42,344 nt of DNA from a virus (Duplodnaviria > Caudoviricetes). The stretch lies in IMG/VR virus record IMGVR_UViG_3300022917_000018, positions 1 to 42,344 of that record, one strand, 5' to 3'. The notes under the pieces are model-generated. The model was not told where the DNA came from, made no database searches, and was given only the letters and a program-made list of their open reading frames with translations. Shown piece by piece: positions 24,619-34,161 of this stretch; positions within the stretch are counted from its first letter, which is position 1, and every line of letters starts with the position of its first letter. A program made the position numbers and the translations under genes.

Positions 24619-25038
24619 TTATCTCCAGGAGCCAGGTTGTACGCGTCGTGTGTAGCTTCCTTGCTGTAGTTGGTTAGCACCAGGGTTAAATGCAGGTCCT
24701 TGTGGAAGTCTTACTGACCACTCTGGGTCATTAAACGACTGGAGGTTCTGGCGATTCTGCATCACTGGAATCTGAGGACGAGCAGTCATGTCTTCTGGAT
24801 AGCCGAACTGCTGTGGGTCAACGCCTATGAATTCGGGAGAAGTTGGGTTAGCAGTATAACGATTACCCATCTGTGCCATCTCAGGGGTACGTGCGGAGAA
24901 TGGTACGTTCGCGTTGGGGCTAGGGTTGTAAGTTATGTCCGGAGCTGGTGCCTGTGGTGCGGCTTGCTGTGGTCGTTGCATTTGCTGTTGTTGCTTGCCA
25001 CGTCCCACCAGTCTTTCGAAAGCATCTAAAAATCCCAT
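24619..25038 (-). CDS. Gln/Pro-rich putative internal virion protein
   Basis: 139 aa, low complexity, between ejection genes. Confidence 0.6.
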   Translation of the reverse strand: MGFLDAFERLVGRGKQQQQMQRPQQAAPQAPAPDITYNPSPNANVPFSARTPEMAQMGNRYTANPTSPEFIGVDPQQFGYPEDMTARPQIPVMQNRQNLQSFNDPEWSVRLPQGPAFNPGANQLQQGSYTRRVQPGSWR

Positions 25039-25046
25039 GATTTTGC

Positions 25047-26129
25047 CTATTGTCCTATTCTTTGTTTACGGTTACCTAATAATGAGCTGAGGAACGGATT
25101 GATTGTGTCTGTATACGCAGAGTTGTTTTCTACGCTTGGGCCTTGTCCAGCTTCATAGTTATATTGGGCTAGATCAGGTGAGGTGTAGGTGGGTGTATTC
25201 ACATTGATGGCATTAGCGAACTGGCGGCCATAGTCAACTATGTCGCCCTGTAAACGGTTTGCCTGATCAATCGACGGTTGGGCTGCTGCTAGAGCGGCTG
25301 CACTGTTACCACCCTGGGCGGCTACTCGCTGCGACTGTAGTTGTCCAAGTGAGTTGAGCAGATTAGCACGACGCTCTGCCACGCTAGACCTAAGAGACTG
25401 CTCCTGTGTGAACTTCTGTCTATCAAGATCTTCACGGCTGTTAGACCAATCACGGTTGAAGTCCTGGTAGTTAGTGTCAAGGGACTGCATATTACGTCCG
25501 AATGCGTCGGTGACACCCTTGAGCTGTTGTGTGCCCTGAAGAGCTGCACCATACGGAGCGACAATCTGAGCCGCGCTAGAGTTACCTGCACCGCGTTGAC
25601 CTAGTAGTCTCTGCACTGCGTTGGCGTTACGGCCTACACTTGTCTTAATGTTGTTTCGAGCAGTGATATTGTCCTGCGTAGACTGGGTTTTAGTCGTGTT
25701 GTAGTTACGGTCTGCAGTAGCTTTGCCACCAAGCAACCTATTGAGGCTAGAATTGAAGCCATTGTTAATGTTTTCTTGGCCAATGTCTTGTTGGCGGTCT
25801 AGTAAACCTAGAGAGTTATTGGCGCTGTTAATGCTTGTGTCGAAACTAGCAAGAGCTGCGGGGTCGTAGCCAGCGTTGCCGCCAGACGATGAACCACCGT
25901 TGGAGCCACCCAAATATGCACCGGTCGGGATTGGCTGGGGTTCTTGATCATTCCTTGGTTGGGCGATCGGTGATGCCTGTGGCCTACTAGTAGTGATACC
26001 ATTAGGGTTCGAGAACATGACCTTGTTGCCGCCTGCCCCCTGAAAGCTATTAGCGGCGGTACCGAACTGTGATAATTTATTCTGGACTGCGTCAACAGGC
26101 GTCCACGTTGCTGGGTTAAACCATGCCAT
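25047..26129 (-). CDS. Putative ejection/pilot protein (Gln/Asn/Ala coiled coil)
   Basis: GGAG RBS before ATG 26129; composition typical of podovirus ejection proteins. Confidence 0.6.
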   Translation of the reverse strand: MAWFNPATWTPVDAVQNKLSQFGTAANSFQGAGGNKVMFSNPNGITTSRPQASPIAQPRNDQEPQPIPTGAYLGGSNGGSSSGGNAGYDPAALASFDTSINSANNSLGLLDRQQDIGQENINNGFNSSLNRLLGGKATADRNYNTTKTQSTQDNITARNNIKTSVGRNANAVQRLLGQRGAGNSSAAQIVAPYGAALQGTQQLKGVTDAFGRNMQSLDTNYQDFNRDWSNSREDLDRQKFTQEQSLRSSVAERRANLLNSLGQLQSQRVAAQGGNSAAALAAAQPSIDQANRLQGDIVDYGRQFANAINVNTPTYTSPDLAQYNYEAGQGPSVENNSAYTDTINPFLSSLLGNRKQRIGQ

Positions 26130-26330
26130 ATAAAAAGACTCCAAAAGATGAGATTAATTAAGATAGCTTCTTAATCGTTTGCTCTTCTTTTAGAGTCACG
26201 GGCAGACCTTTTTGTCGTGTCCCTAAACTATTTGGCTATATCCTTGGCACCTTATAGCCCGTATTTTTAGGCTTTCCCCTATCCGTATTTTTAGATTCGA
26301 GTGGGTGCTGTAATGTATGTATTATAACAC
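26130..26330 (-). promoter_or_regulatory. TGtTATAAT promoter, two CTAAAAATACGG direct repeats and an RBS-sequestering hairpin
   Basis: Repeats at 26259-26270 and 26283-26294; GACTCTAAAAGA/TCTTTTGGAGTC stem. Confidence 0.65.
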
Positions 26331-26332
26331 TG

Positions 26333-26977
26333 TTATAGCCATTCGCATACGCTGTCATGGTGTGAACAAGTGCCTCGACCAGTTGAATGACTATACACAC
26401 CGTCACAGCATCGCGCAGTAGCACCCTCGGGAGCGTCTGTTTCACTAGCTGCATCGCTTGGGCGGGCAAAATGTTGTACGACTAGGGTCTGTTTATCTGC
26501 AGATGTACATACCGCGTAACCCACATACTTGTTAGCGGGTTCAAGGATGGCTTTCCTGTGCTGTTCGCTTCCCATCCAGCTGTCCACAACTGACTGGTTA
26601 GTGTTAAAGACACCTTTATTAAGGTTCTCGGACCTGAAACCGATCCCCTCCATGGTTATATATTCGTATCCATGTTTTCCTGATGCAGGGTTTACATGGT
26701 CATAGTAGTTATTGGCTACCATGTCGTCGCATTTCAATTTTGCGGAGCTATTTAGATCAGTCACATACTCAAGTTCTGTCACACCAGCCTTCTTGCGTAC
26801 TTCATCTACTATATACGCTAAAGCACCGGGACTTATCTCCTCGGTATGTTCGATTACCGCTGTGTTCGGTTTATTGTCGTTGTATACGTAGGCCACGACG
26901 CTAGCACATATGCCTAGGCCCGCGATAGCTGCTAATGGCAGCCAGAACGTGAGCAGTCTCTTTTTGTTTTTCAACAT
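26333..26977 (-). CDS. CAP/SCP-domain membrane-anchored protein with C-terminal DUF3761-like domain (moron)
   Basis: SAKLKCDDMVANNYYDH, SENL, WMGSEQHRKAIL, VVQHF; ATARCCDGVYS..RGTCSHH; own TTGACA-17-TAAATA promoter at ~26987-27015. Confidence 0.85.
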   Translation of the reverse strand: MLKNKKRLLTFWLPLAAIAGLGICASVVAYVYNDNKPNTAVIEHTEEISPGALAYIVDEVRKKAGVTELEYVTDLNSSAKLKCDDMVANNYYDHVNPASGKHGYEYITMEGIGFRSENLNKGVFNTNQSVVDSWMGSEQHRKAILEPANKYVGYAVCTSADKQTLVVQHFARPSDAASETDAPEGATARCCDGVYSHSTGRGTCSHHDSVCEWL

Positions 26978-27040
26978 ACTATTTAATATTTAGCATATAA
27001 TACGTATATTGTCAATGTATGTTAGAATCATGCTATGACA

Positions 27041-27196
27041 ATGTTTGATACCCTACTAGTGATAACGGGCGGATGCCTAATTACCTATTGGGCAACCCTC
27101 TACGACAACCCAAAACGTAACGATCATGCAGGAATGATGGGGTTACTAGGCATTACGTTAGTAGCTGGTGGTCTGGGACATTATTTCTCCTACTAG
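27041..27196 (+). CDS. 51-aa two-TM membrane protein; only credible plus-strand gene
   Basis: MFDTLLVITGGCLITYWA...GMMGLLGITLVAGGLG; TGtTAGAAT upstream. Confidence 0.55.
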   Translation: MFDTLLVITGGCLITYWATLYDNPKRNDHAGMMGLLGITLVAGGLGHYFSY

Positions 27197-28062
27197 TTAT
27201 ACTCAACCGGCAACCTACCATCGAACAGCTCCCACCAGAACAAGCGGTAAGTACCATCCGCTAACTTACAAGCAAACTGGTCGTCATTGACATGTGAGTA
27301 CATAAAGAAGTAGGCATCTATGTTCAATGCTATGAGATGCCTCTGCCTATCGCGCACCTCTGTCCGCTGCCGAGCCTGGCTCATAGTCAGTTGCGTCCAG
27401 TCATAGTGCAGATTCCATTCAGATATATAACCAGTCGAACCGTATGCAGCGTGGAATAGGTCAATAACCCTGTTGAAGCGTCCAGTTGTATATTCGTTCT
27501 CACCGTAAGCGTTCATGCCCTGGCTATCAGTTGCACCTTTGCCCAGTGGTATCCAGTCTTGCAGATCTGATTCAGCGTAGTTAGTACTCTTATCACCAGT
27601 GAACACGGCAGATATAGCGTTGGGTATGTCGTTTAGGCAGTAATCACGTATCTGTGCTTTAGTAAGCGTAGTGTCGTCTACATGCCGATCCTCTTCGTTG
27701 GTGGCAAACCTATCAACTCCGTGTGCCTCTGCAAGCTGTGCCCTGGCTATTGCCGCAGCGCGGAACAACGGGTACTTGGCGGCCGTTAGAGTGTCTTCTG
27801 TAGAGGTGACACCCCATGTAACATGAAAGCCGAGTGCCTTCGCCTGATCAATTATGTATATACAGTTCAGCACTATAGGGTTGCTAACACCGTAGATATA
27901 GCTGGGTATGAATATGCGGATCTTATCGAAGTACCTGCGGATCTGAGCAAGGTCATTCTTAATGATTGTCTGGTCGAAGTACGGGTTAAAAGCTCGTTCG
28001 TTACCGTAGTTCATACCTGCACCGCCCCACTTCTGACCGGATGGGAATGTGTCGCGTGCCAT
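27193..28062 (-). CDS. Glycoside-hydrolase-like (clan GH-A TIM barrel) protein
   Basis: GMNYG, IRIFIP, TNEE (acid/base), ISEWN (nucleophile), YFFMY. Confidence 0.65.
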   Translation of the reverse strand: MARDTFPSGQKWGGAGMNYGNERAFNPYFDQTIIKNDLAQIRRYFDKIRIFIPSYIYGVSNPIVLNCIYIIDQAKALGFHVTWGVTSTEDTLTAAKYPLFRAAAIARAQLAEAHGVDRFATNEEDRHVDDTTLTKAQIRDYCLNDIPNAISAVFTGDKSTNYAESDLQDWIPLGKGATDSQGMNAYGENEYTTGRFNRVIDLFHAAYGSTGYISEWNLHYDWTQLTMSQARQRTEVRDRQRHLIALNIDAYFFMYSHVNDDQFACKLADGTYRLFWWELFDGRLPVEYN

Positions 28063-28565
28063 TATTGGGTTTCCTCTATCCAGTCTACGTGTGCTACGGC
28101 ATTCGTGACTGCTATGATCGCCCCCAGGCCGCTTAGATTCGCAACTATGCTAATACTACTACCAGGGTATATAGCGATGATACCTTTGGAGAACTCCTGC
28201 ATCGGCCCGTTATTTATAGGTAATGACCTATATTTGGTGCCGCCAGATATGTCACTGCCGCTCTGATCCCACGCTATCGTTGCCACCGACTGTATCGTGG
28301 AGCTTGTATTCTGGTTCCTTGGCGTTACGGAGTTAGTATTTATAGTGGTGGTAGGGTTGACAGTAACTACAAGCTTCATCCCTGCGCTTAGGGCTGTCCA
28401 CGCACTGAAGTTATATAGATATATCACTCTCCCTGATCCAACAGGATTCGACATCTTGAACCTAAGATATGGCGTTAGTAGCGCAATACCCTGCACATCT
28501 GTATCGGCAGACCATGCTCTACCAGTCTTAACGTATTCTATGAGTCGCACGCTTTGTGGTTGCAT
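28062..28565 (-). CDS. Putative virion beta-sandwich protein
   Basis: NPVGSGRVIY...IYPGSSI...WIEE. Confidence 0.6.
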   Translation of the reverse strand: MQPQSVRLIEYVKTGRAWSADTDVQGIALLTPYLRFKMSNPVGSGRVIYLYNFSAWTALSAGMKLVVTVNPTTTINTNSVTPRNQNTSSTIQSVATIAWDQSGSDISGGTKYRSLPINNGPMQEFSKGIIAIYPGSSISIVANLSGLGAIIAVTNAVAHVDWIEETQ

Positions 28566-30625
28566 TATTTAAATATCCCTATTACTGAGAAAGTGAAAGA
28601 TGGTGTTGTACCGCCCAGTGTCCAGACAACACGCATGATAGACCCGAAGGTATTTACCTTTATAGCCTGAGATCCAGTTCCTGTGAGCTGTGTAAAGGCC
28701 GAGTCTGGTATGTCGTACCACACAGAACCGTCAAAGGTCTGTAGCTTGGCGTTGAGTGTGGGCGTGGTTCCTGATGCTGCGGTACAGCTCAGCATCACAA
28801 TCGCTTCCTGAAATTGACCAACCGTAAAATTTGTACCGTTTCCGGTAGTAGTCTCTGCGCCAGATGTGTGGAGGGTAACTGTCGTGGAGGCCATACGGCT
28901 GACTAGGTTACCAGATGTGTCAGTCTTTGCTCTCTGGTAGTTAGCGCCGTCCCATCCGATAAGACCGACTGCTTGGATGCCCTTACCGTCGGTAGTTCCC
29001 TGAGCTGACGATACGTCCATAGTTCGATTAGAGGTGGTAGCGGCAACGTTGTAGGCATACGGCAACATGCCAAGTAGTCGTACAGACACGTTATCGACTT
29101 CAGCAGTTCGTGGAATTACTAAGTTGCCCGTCTGGTCTTGGATGCCCATTGCGTTAGCGCGGGAAGGTACCGCTGCACCAGTTGCACCAGCCGAGTTAAT
29201 GGGTATTGCACTCTGGTCGGAGGCGATCACCACTGGAGAGGATGCAGCCATTGCAGCTTGACCAAGAGCAGGTGTACGTGTGACTAAAGTTGCTAGGTTA
29301 CCACCAGTCTCCTGAGCCGCGTTAGCTGGCAGTGTCGTAGATGTATTCGCAACGGGCATCGGCGTAGAAGCTGTAGCATATTGCCATGACGTACCGTTGT
29401 AGTACATTGGAGCAACACCTTGGATACCCTTACCATCCGTTGAGCCGAGAGCTGCAACACCAGTCTTTGGCCGATCACCCTGCGTGCCATTAAAGATGTA
29501 GTTATAGGAACGTATTGCGCCAGTAGTAATGTTGTCAGCACTAGCTTCACGGAACTCAAGTAAGTTACCTGAAGCATCACGCATAGCAATAAGCTGGGCG
29601 GTTGTGGGTATCGGGCTGGCTAGTACGGCCGAAGGGCTTACATACCAGTTACCAGAAGTATCTACGGTAACACGCTTGTATATCGAGTTAACTGCATCCC
29701 AGCCTAATGCACCAGCAGCTTGAATACCTTTTCCGGTTGCAGAGGAGTTAGCAGCCGTAACATTCATCGGCCTATCTGACTGAGTACCATTGAATATGTA
29801 GGCCTGCGTGCGGAGCATGCCCACGATTACGTTGTCTTGTTCAGCGGTACGGAATCCTAGAATGTTACCTGAAATGTCACGCATACCAGTGTAGCCAATA
29901 GGCGTAGGTACAGATTCACCTTCACCAGCGACGTTCTTAGAGGGCGAATCAACGGGAAGACTGTGCATTGTGGCTCGGACTGTTGCTGTGCCTCCGGTTG
30001 CAGCGGTACGGGCGACCTTGAAGTAGCGTGCCCCTCTTAGCGAGCCTGACCACTGGCCGTTAGCAGCCGTACTGGCTACATCTTTGCCTGGTGCGCCGTT
30101 TACGGGGGCAAGCAATAGGTTAAACCATGTTGTCTGCGTTGGGTCGTTGGTCACCTGCCATTGCACCGTACCCGTCCAGGTATTGGATACGAATACCGAT
30201 ACGCTTGAATAGGCGCTTACGTCCATTGGCGCGATGATGTCGCCGACTAATGGAGATTCATTCGCATAGTCATCGCCAATTGAGATGACCCTTAGTGCAT
30301 CTAGATCTGGGTTTTCACCTGATATGCGGTCTGACAGCGTAGCTGGGTCGGGGTCTTGTACCGGATCGGTGCCGTGGTTAGTGTAATCAATGCGAAGTTT
30401 ATCTGTGTTGTTACACTCGACAGGTAACACGTTAAGCGTTATCACATTGCCTGCTACTGTGGCAGATGTGACGCTATTATCCGCGAAGTTGTAGATGACC
30501 TTATTAATCGTGGTGTCAGTAATAAGCGCAAGCCTATCAAGACGTAGTGTCGTATAGTCCGTGAGTGTTATTGTCTTTGCTGCGACGTTGAATGTGTAGT
30601 TTGTGGGTTGTTGTGGTTTAGCCAT
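28565..30625 (-). CDS. Tail fibre/spike with three internal repeats
   Basis: YTFN...KTITL...VIYNFAD N-terminus; repeats D.SGN...R.A..DN...GKGIQ. Confidence 0.7.
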   Translation of the reverse strand: MAKPQQPTNYTFNVAAKTITLTDYTTLRLDRLALITDTTINKVIYNFADNSVTSATVAGNVITLNVLPVECNNTDKLRIDYTNHGTDPVQDPDPATLSDRISGENPDLDALRVISIGDDYANESPLVGDIIAPMDVSAYSSVSVFVSNTWTGTVQWQVTNDPTQTTWFNLLLAPVNGAPGKDVASTAANGQWSGSLRGARYFKVARTAATGGTATVRATMHSLPVDSPSKNVAGEGESVPTPIGYTGMRDISGNILGFRTAEQDNVIVGMLRTQAYIFNGTQSDRPMNVTAANSSATGKGIQAAGALGWDAVNSIYKRVTVDTSGNWYVSPSAVLASPIPTTAQLIAMRDASGNLLEFREASADNITTGAIRSYNYIFNGTQGDRPKTGVAALGSTDGKGIQGVAPMYYNGTSWQYATASTPMPVANTSTTLPANAAQETGGNLATLVTRTPALGQAAMAASSPVVIASDQSAIPINSAGATGAAVPSRANAMGIQDQTGNLVIPRTAEVDNVSVRLLGMLPYAYNVAATTSNRTMDVSSAQGTTDGKGIQAVGLIGWDGANYQRAKTDTSGNLVSRMASTTVTLHTSGAETTTGNGTNFTVGQFQEAIVMLSCTAASGTTPTLNAKLQTFDGSVWYDIPDSAFTQLTGTGSQAIKVNTFGSIMRVVWTLGGTTPSFTFSVIGIFK

Positions 30626-30633
30626 ATGTACTC

Positions 30634-30882
30634 CTAAAGCACCGTCGCCATAGCTATTACGTAGGGTTTATAGTTCAGATCAGAAGGCGTCTGCCAGGAT
30701 GTATCGTTATCTACCGAGCTGTTCTTGGTTAACACTTGGCCTGACGTTCCACCTGCCGGTACACCCAAACCATCCCTACCTGGGTCGCCCTTGCGGCCAC
30801 CATCGATAATGAACGTCTGAGTATCGCCAGTACGTATGATTGCAGTTGTCTCAGTGTCTGATGTGACGAAAAAGTTAGCCAT
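30634..30882 (-). CDS. Small fibre-associated protein
   Basis: GRKGDPGRDG collagen-like; GVPAGGTSGQVLTKNS. Confidence 0.65.
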   Translation of the reverse strand: MANFFVTSDTETTAIIRTGDTQTFIIDGGRKGDPGRDGLGVPAGGTSGQVLTKNSSVDNDTSWQTPSDLNYKPYVIAMATVL

Positions 30883-31277
30883 TACACTACCTTCCTTTTA
30901 ATATCTGCGTATACCAGTACCTCAATGAATGAATCATCACCAGGGAAACTTACTGGCTGCCCACCAGAGGGGACGAACTGGAATTCGCCTAGGTATTTCT
31001 TACGCTTACTCCCATCCGCGAATGACACGTCTTGGGTGTCAGAACCGATAAAGGCGAGTGTGTATTTCTTGTATGTGATTAAACCGACCGTTTCTTCAGT
31101 AACGACTGTGTCATCAAAGGTCTTGTCTATAACGGCGGCGGAATCAGTAGAGTCATCGTCTGGAACCGTCTTAGCTGCAAAGAACAGCTTGCCGCCAGCA
31201 GACCATGAATCTACAGGCATCATGAAGTAGTGAGTCACACGGTCACCTTTTTTAAACTCCATTGTTGCTTTTGACAT
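30882..31277 (-). CDS. Virion structural protein (BppU N-terminal-like)
   Basis: FKKGD start, FAAK, beta-rich. Confidence 0.5.
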   Translation of the reverse strand: MSKATMEFKKGDRVTHYFMMPVDSWSAGGKLFFAAKTVPDDDSTDSAAVIDKTFDDTVVTEETVGLITYKKYTLAFIGSDTQDVSFADGSKRKKYLGEFQFVPSGGQPVSFPGDDSFIEVLVYADIKRKVV

Positions 31278-31338
31278 TGATAATTCCTTAATTCAGTTGC
31301 TTTGGTGGGTAGTTTCAGTCATACCCAGGACTATGGGA

Positions 31339-31755
31339 CTAGGCTTCGCGTGCCCAAGTACCTACAAGCTCAGCAATGCTCCATGCAGTCACACCGGTAG
31401 TACCGGAACCAACTACAGTGATTTCATCACCTACCGTTGAGGTAGCTTTGGTATTCAGAGCGTCCTTGTTGACAGCAGCGGTGAAGCCGTTGCCAGCGAT
31501 AGCGTCTGCAGCAGCAGGGCTTACAGCAACCAATACGGTGCCGTTAGCGCCTGTACCAGCAGCGCCGTTAGTAACCTTTACACCACCATTACGTACGGTG
31601 AATGAGAGGCCAGCAGCAGTCGAAGGCAAAGTGATCACGATGCCATCAGCTACTACGTTTTGGACAATGCCTTGGTCTGCAGCGGTAAGAGTCTTGTTGG
31701 CGCTTACATCTACTGACTGACGGCGCTTGTCAGATGGGAATTGAACGGTAGCCAT
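31339..31755 (-). CDS. Head decoration / capsid fibre protein
   Basis: KTLTAADQG...ITLPSTAAGLSFTV; downstream of MCP. Confidence 0.6.
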   Translation of the reverse strand: MATVQFPSDKRRQSVDVSANKTLTAADQGIVQNVVADGIVITLPSTAAGLSFTVRNGGVKVTNGAAGTGANGTVLVAVSPAAADAIAGNGFTAAVNKDALNTKATSTVGDEITVVGSGTTGVTAWSIAELVGTWAREA

Positions 31756-32105
31756 TATTTAGCTCCCTTCTTGTCGTTAGTTTTGTCTTCTGCCTTGACA
31801 GTCTCTTCGCGAGAAGCCTTTTGCTCTGCTTCACGCTTCTCTGCTTCGGCAAGTTCGCTGCGTAATTCAGCAACAGTCTTTACGCCCATTGGTGTAGCTG
31901 CGGGAGCTGCATGTGGGTCAACTTGTGCTGGAGTTTCCTTTGGCACTGGGCCAACGCGCTCAAAGCCAAGGCGTACATATGCGTCAGCCTGTGGGTTGCC
32001 AAACTTGCTGGTTTCAATAGCAACTAATTCTTCGCCAGTCTCTTTGTGGCGGTATAGTCCGCCAGGGTTAGTAGCGCGGCCATCGCCTTGTTTTTCGTTA
32101 GTCAT
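31755..32105 (-). CDS. Hypothetical head-associated protein
   Basis: 116 aa directly after MCP. Confidence 0.7.
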   Translation of the reverse strand: MTNEKQGDGRATNPGGLYRHKETGEELVAIETSKFGNPQADAYVRLGFERVGPVPKETPAQVDPHAAPAATPMGVKTVAELRSELAEAEKREAEQKASREETVKAEDKTNDKKGAK

Positions 32106-32107
32106 TA

Positions 32108-32941
32108 TTAGGACTCCTTGTGGTAGCGGATTGCTTTACCTTTGTTTGTTGGGATGAAGACGTCGTAGTAACGGCGGCCTTCTGCTACCCAACCGTCGAT
32201 ACCTTGAACTTCGTCCAGAGTACGGACCATGTCAAACTTAGTAGGACGAACCAGTACGTTGTCAGCGATGAACAAGAAGTTCATGTTGGCTGGCATGTAG
32301 CTGGTAGGAACTACGTGGATGTTCATGCCGTCAACTTGTGTTACGTTGCCAGTCTTTACATCCTTGTAAGCGCCGTCTGAGGCAACTTTAAATTCAGGGT
32401 CACGGCGAAGTAGGTTGTACTTGGTCTGTGACATGAAGATGTGAATGTTGTCTGGCTCGATGAGCAAGTCAATCATTGCGGCCTTCTGAGCAATTACTTG
32501 CTGGTAGGCGTTAGCGTTGGTAGTAGCGGCAGTTGCACCCTGCGTGTTAGCTACTGCGTAAGCACCAGCTGTTGCAAGGGTGTAGATGTCTACAGTTGGT
32601 ACAGATACTTCACGTACCTGGCGCTTTACAGCTTTACCAACTTCTTGAGCCATCATTGAGTCTTCGAGGTTTCCACGGTCTACGGTGAAGGTAAACGACT
32701 TGTCCTGTGAAAGGGTGAAAGTCTGAGTACCAGTACCGAGTTCGATTAGAGCACCGAAGCGGTTAGGACCTGAACGGATGTAGTCGCTTTCGGCAACAAC
32801 GTCAACGTTGTAGATGGTTACTGAGTTCTTACCGTTAAACTCAAGGCGCATGCCTTTGTTAACGATGTCACTTGTCTTTGAGTCGATGAAAAATCGCTCA
32901 TCAAGCACCTTTAGGTGCGAGGCTGCATAGTTCTGAGCCAT
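32108..32941 (-). CDS. Major capsid protein (HK97 fold)
   Basis: MAQNYA, LSQDKSFTFTVD, EGRRYYDVFI; position after scaffold. Confidence 0.85.
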   Translation of the reverse strand: MAQNYAASHLKVLDERFFIDSKTSDIVNKGMRLEFNGKNSVTIYNVDVVAESDYIRSGPNRFGALIELGTGTQTFTLSQDKSFTFTVDRGNLEDSMMAQEVGKAVKRQVREVSVPTVDIYTLATAGAYAVANTQGATAATTNANAYQQVIAQKAAMIDLLIEPDNIHIFMSQTKYNLLRRDPEFKVASDGAYKDVKTGNVTQVDGMNIHVVPTSYMPANMNFLFIADNVLVRPTKFDMVRTLDEVQGIDGWVAEGRRYYDVFIPTNKGKAIRYHKES

Positions 32942-32957
32942 TTAGTTAAGTCCTTTG

Positions 32958-33761
32958 CTAGTCGGACATCAAACCTTCCATGATTGGATCTTTCTTGGTC
33001 TCACGTGGTGAAGCACTGGATGGTGTCTCTACGCTAGCTATCATCTGTTCGGTAGCCTTCTGTCCTTGAATTTTTCCAATCGTGGCACTAGATTCGTATG
33101 TCTCGGCGATTGTTTTATAAAATTCATAAGGCAACATGTTGGCGCTAACGATAAGACCGGTATTAGGGTCTTTCTGGAAACCAGAGGCTTGCATGTAGAG
33201 TGCCGTCGCACGTTCTGCTATCTCTGGCTTGTATTGCTCGCTGTCAGGGTCGAATATAGGAAAGTCCTGGAGAACCTTCTGTGACTCGCTGTCAAGGCCG
33301 TGATTTAGTTCTGTAACCTGACGGTTAAAGCGTTCCATCTCGATCTCTTGGCGGAGTGACTTCGTTTCTGCCATCGCTTCCGTTTCGCCCTCTTCCATCA
33401 GTTCTTGGGGGGTCTGCGCCCGGTAGATCTGCGAGTTCATCTGCTCAATCTGCTGGCGGTATTCCCTATTCTGATTTGCTAGCTCACGAATACGGGTGTT
33501 AGCGTCTTTTTTGCCTTCTCGCTGTTCCTCAGGCTTTTGTTCCTCAGCTTCTGGCTCCTTGGGCTGTTCTTCTTCAACAGGCTTGGGTGCTTCGCTTTCT
33601 GTTTCTTTCTTTGGCTCCGTTACTTCGGGTTTACCTTCTGATAAACCTTCCATGATCGGATCAGCTTCAGGTGCTTTGGTTTCCACTGGCGACGATTCAG
33701 TTGCGGTAGTATCCTGCGCGTCTACCGGTTGTGTATTTACGTCTGTTGAACTTTCGTCCAT
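32958..33761 (-). CDS. Scaffolding protein
   Basis: Acidic Glu/Pro-rich N-terminus, coiled coil; AAGGAG RBS; before MCP. Confidence 0.75.
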   Translation of the reverse strand: MDESSTDVNTQPVDAQDTTATESSPVETKAPEADPIMEGLSEGKPEVTEPKKETESEAPKPVEEEQPKEPEAEEQKPEEQREGKKDANTRIRELANQNREYRQQIEQMNSQIYRAQTPQELMEEGETEAMAETKSLRQEIEMERFNRQVTELNHGLDSESQKVLQDFPIFDPDSEQYKPEIAERATALYMQASGFQKDPNTGLIVSANMLPYEFYKTIAETYESSATIGKIQGQKATEQMIASVETPSSASPRETKKDPIMEGLMSD

Positions 33762-33861
33762 GTGTTTCTCCTTGGTTTACGTCTATACGCTGACGATGCG
33801 GGTGCGTGAGATGTGCCCCGATGTAGCCTAGTGGTAGGGACTAGGCCACGTCGCAACACAC
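33762..33861 (-). promoter_or_regulatory. Scaffold leader: hairpin plus small pseudoknot next to the RBS
   Basis: CGACGTGGCCTAGT/ACTAGGCTACATCG hairpin; ACGC/GCGT stem with loop CGTC pairing to downstream GACG. Confidence 0.5.
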
Positions 33862-34161
33862 CTACTTTCCGTATTGCGAACGGAGGCTCACGAGATAATC
33901 CTTTTCAGCTACTAGGTTTTCTTTGACGATGCGGTTAGCGAGTACAGCGCGGAGGTGCTCTTCGGGCTTTGATTCGACTTCGCTTGGTATAGAATCAATC
34001 CGCTCGTAGAAGCCGATACGCTCCTCGAAACGCTTAATAAGCTCTTCAAGTAATGCCATGCCTTCCTGAGCCTTGGCCTTTTCGGCATTACGCTCTGTGC
34101 GCTGCTCTTGTGGCTCTTCAGGTGTGAAGAATGTTGTCTCGTTTGGGTATAAGTCGTCCAT
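33862..34161 (-). CDS. Hypothetical protein between portal and scaffold
   Basis: 99 aa. Confidence 0.75.
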   Translation of the reverse strand: MDDLYPNETTFFTPEEPQEQRTERNAEKAKAQEGMALLEELIKRFEERIGFYERIDSIPSEVESKPEEHLRAVLANRIVKENLVAEKDYLVSLRSQYGK

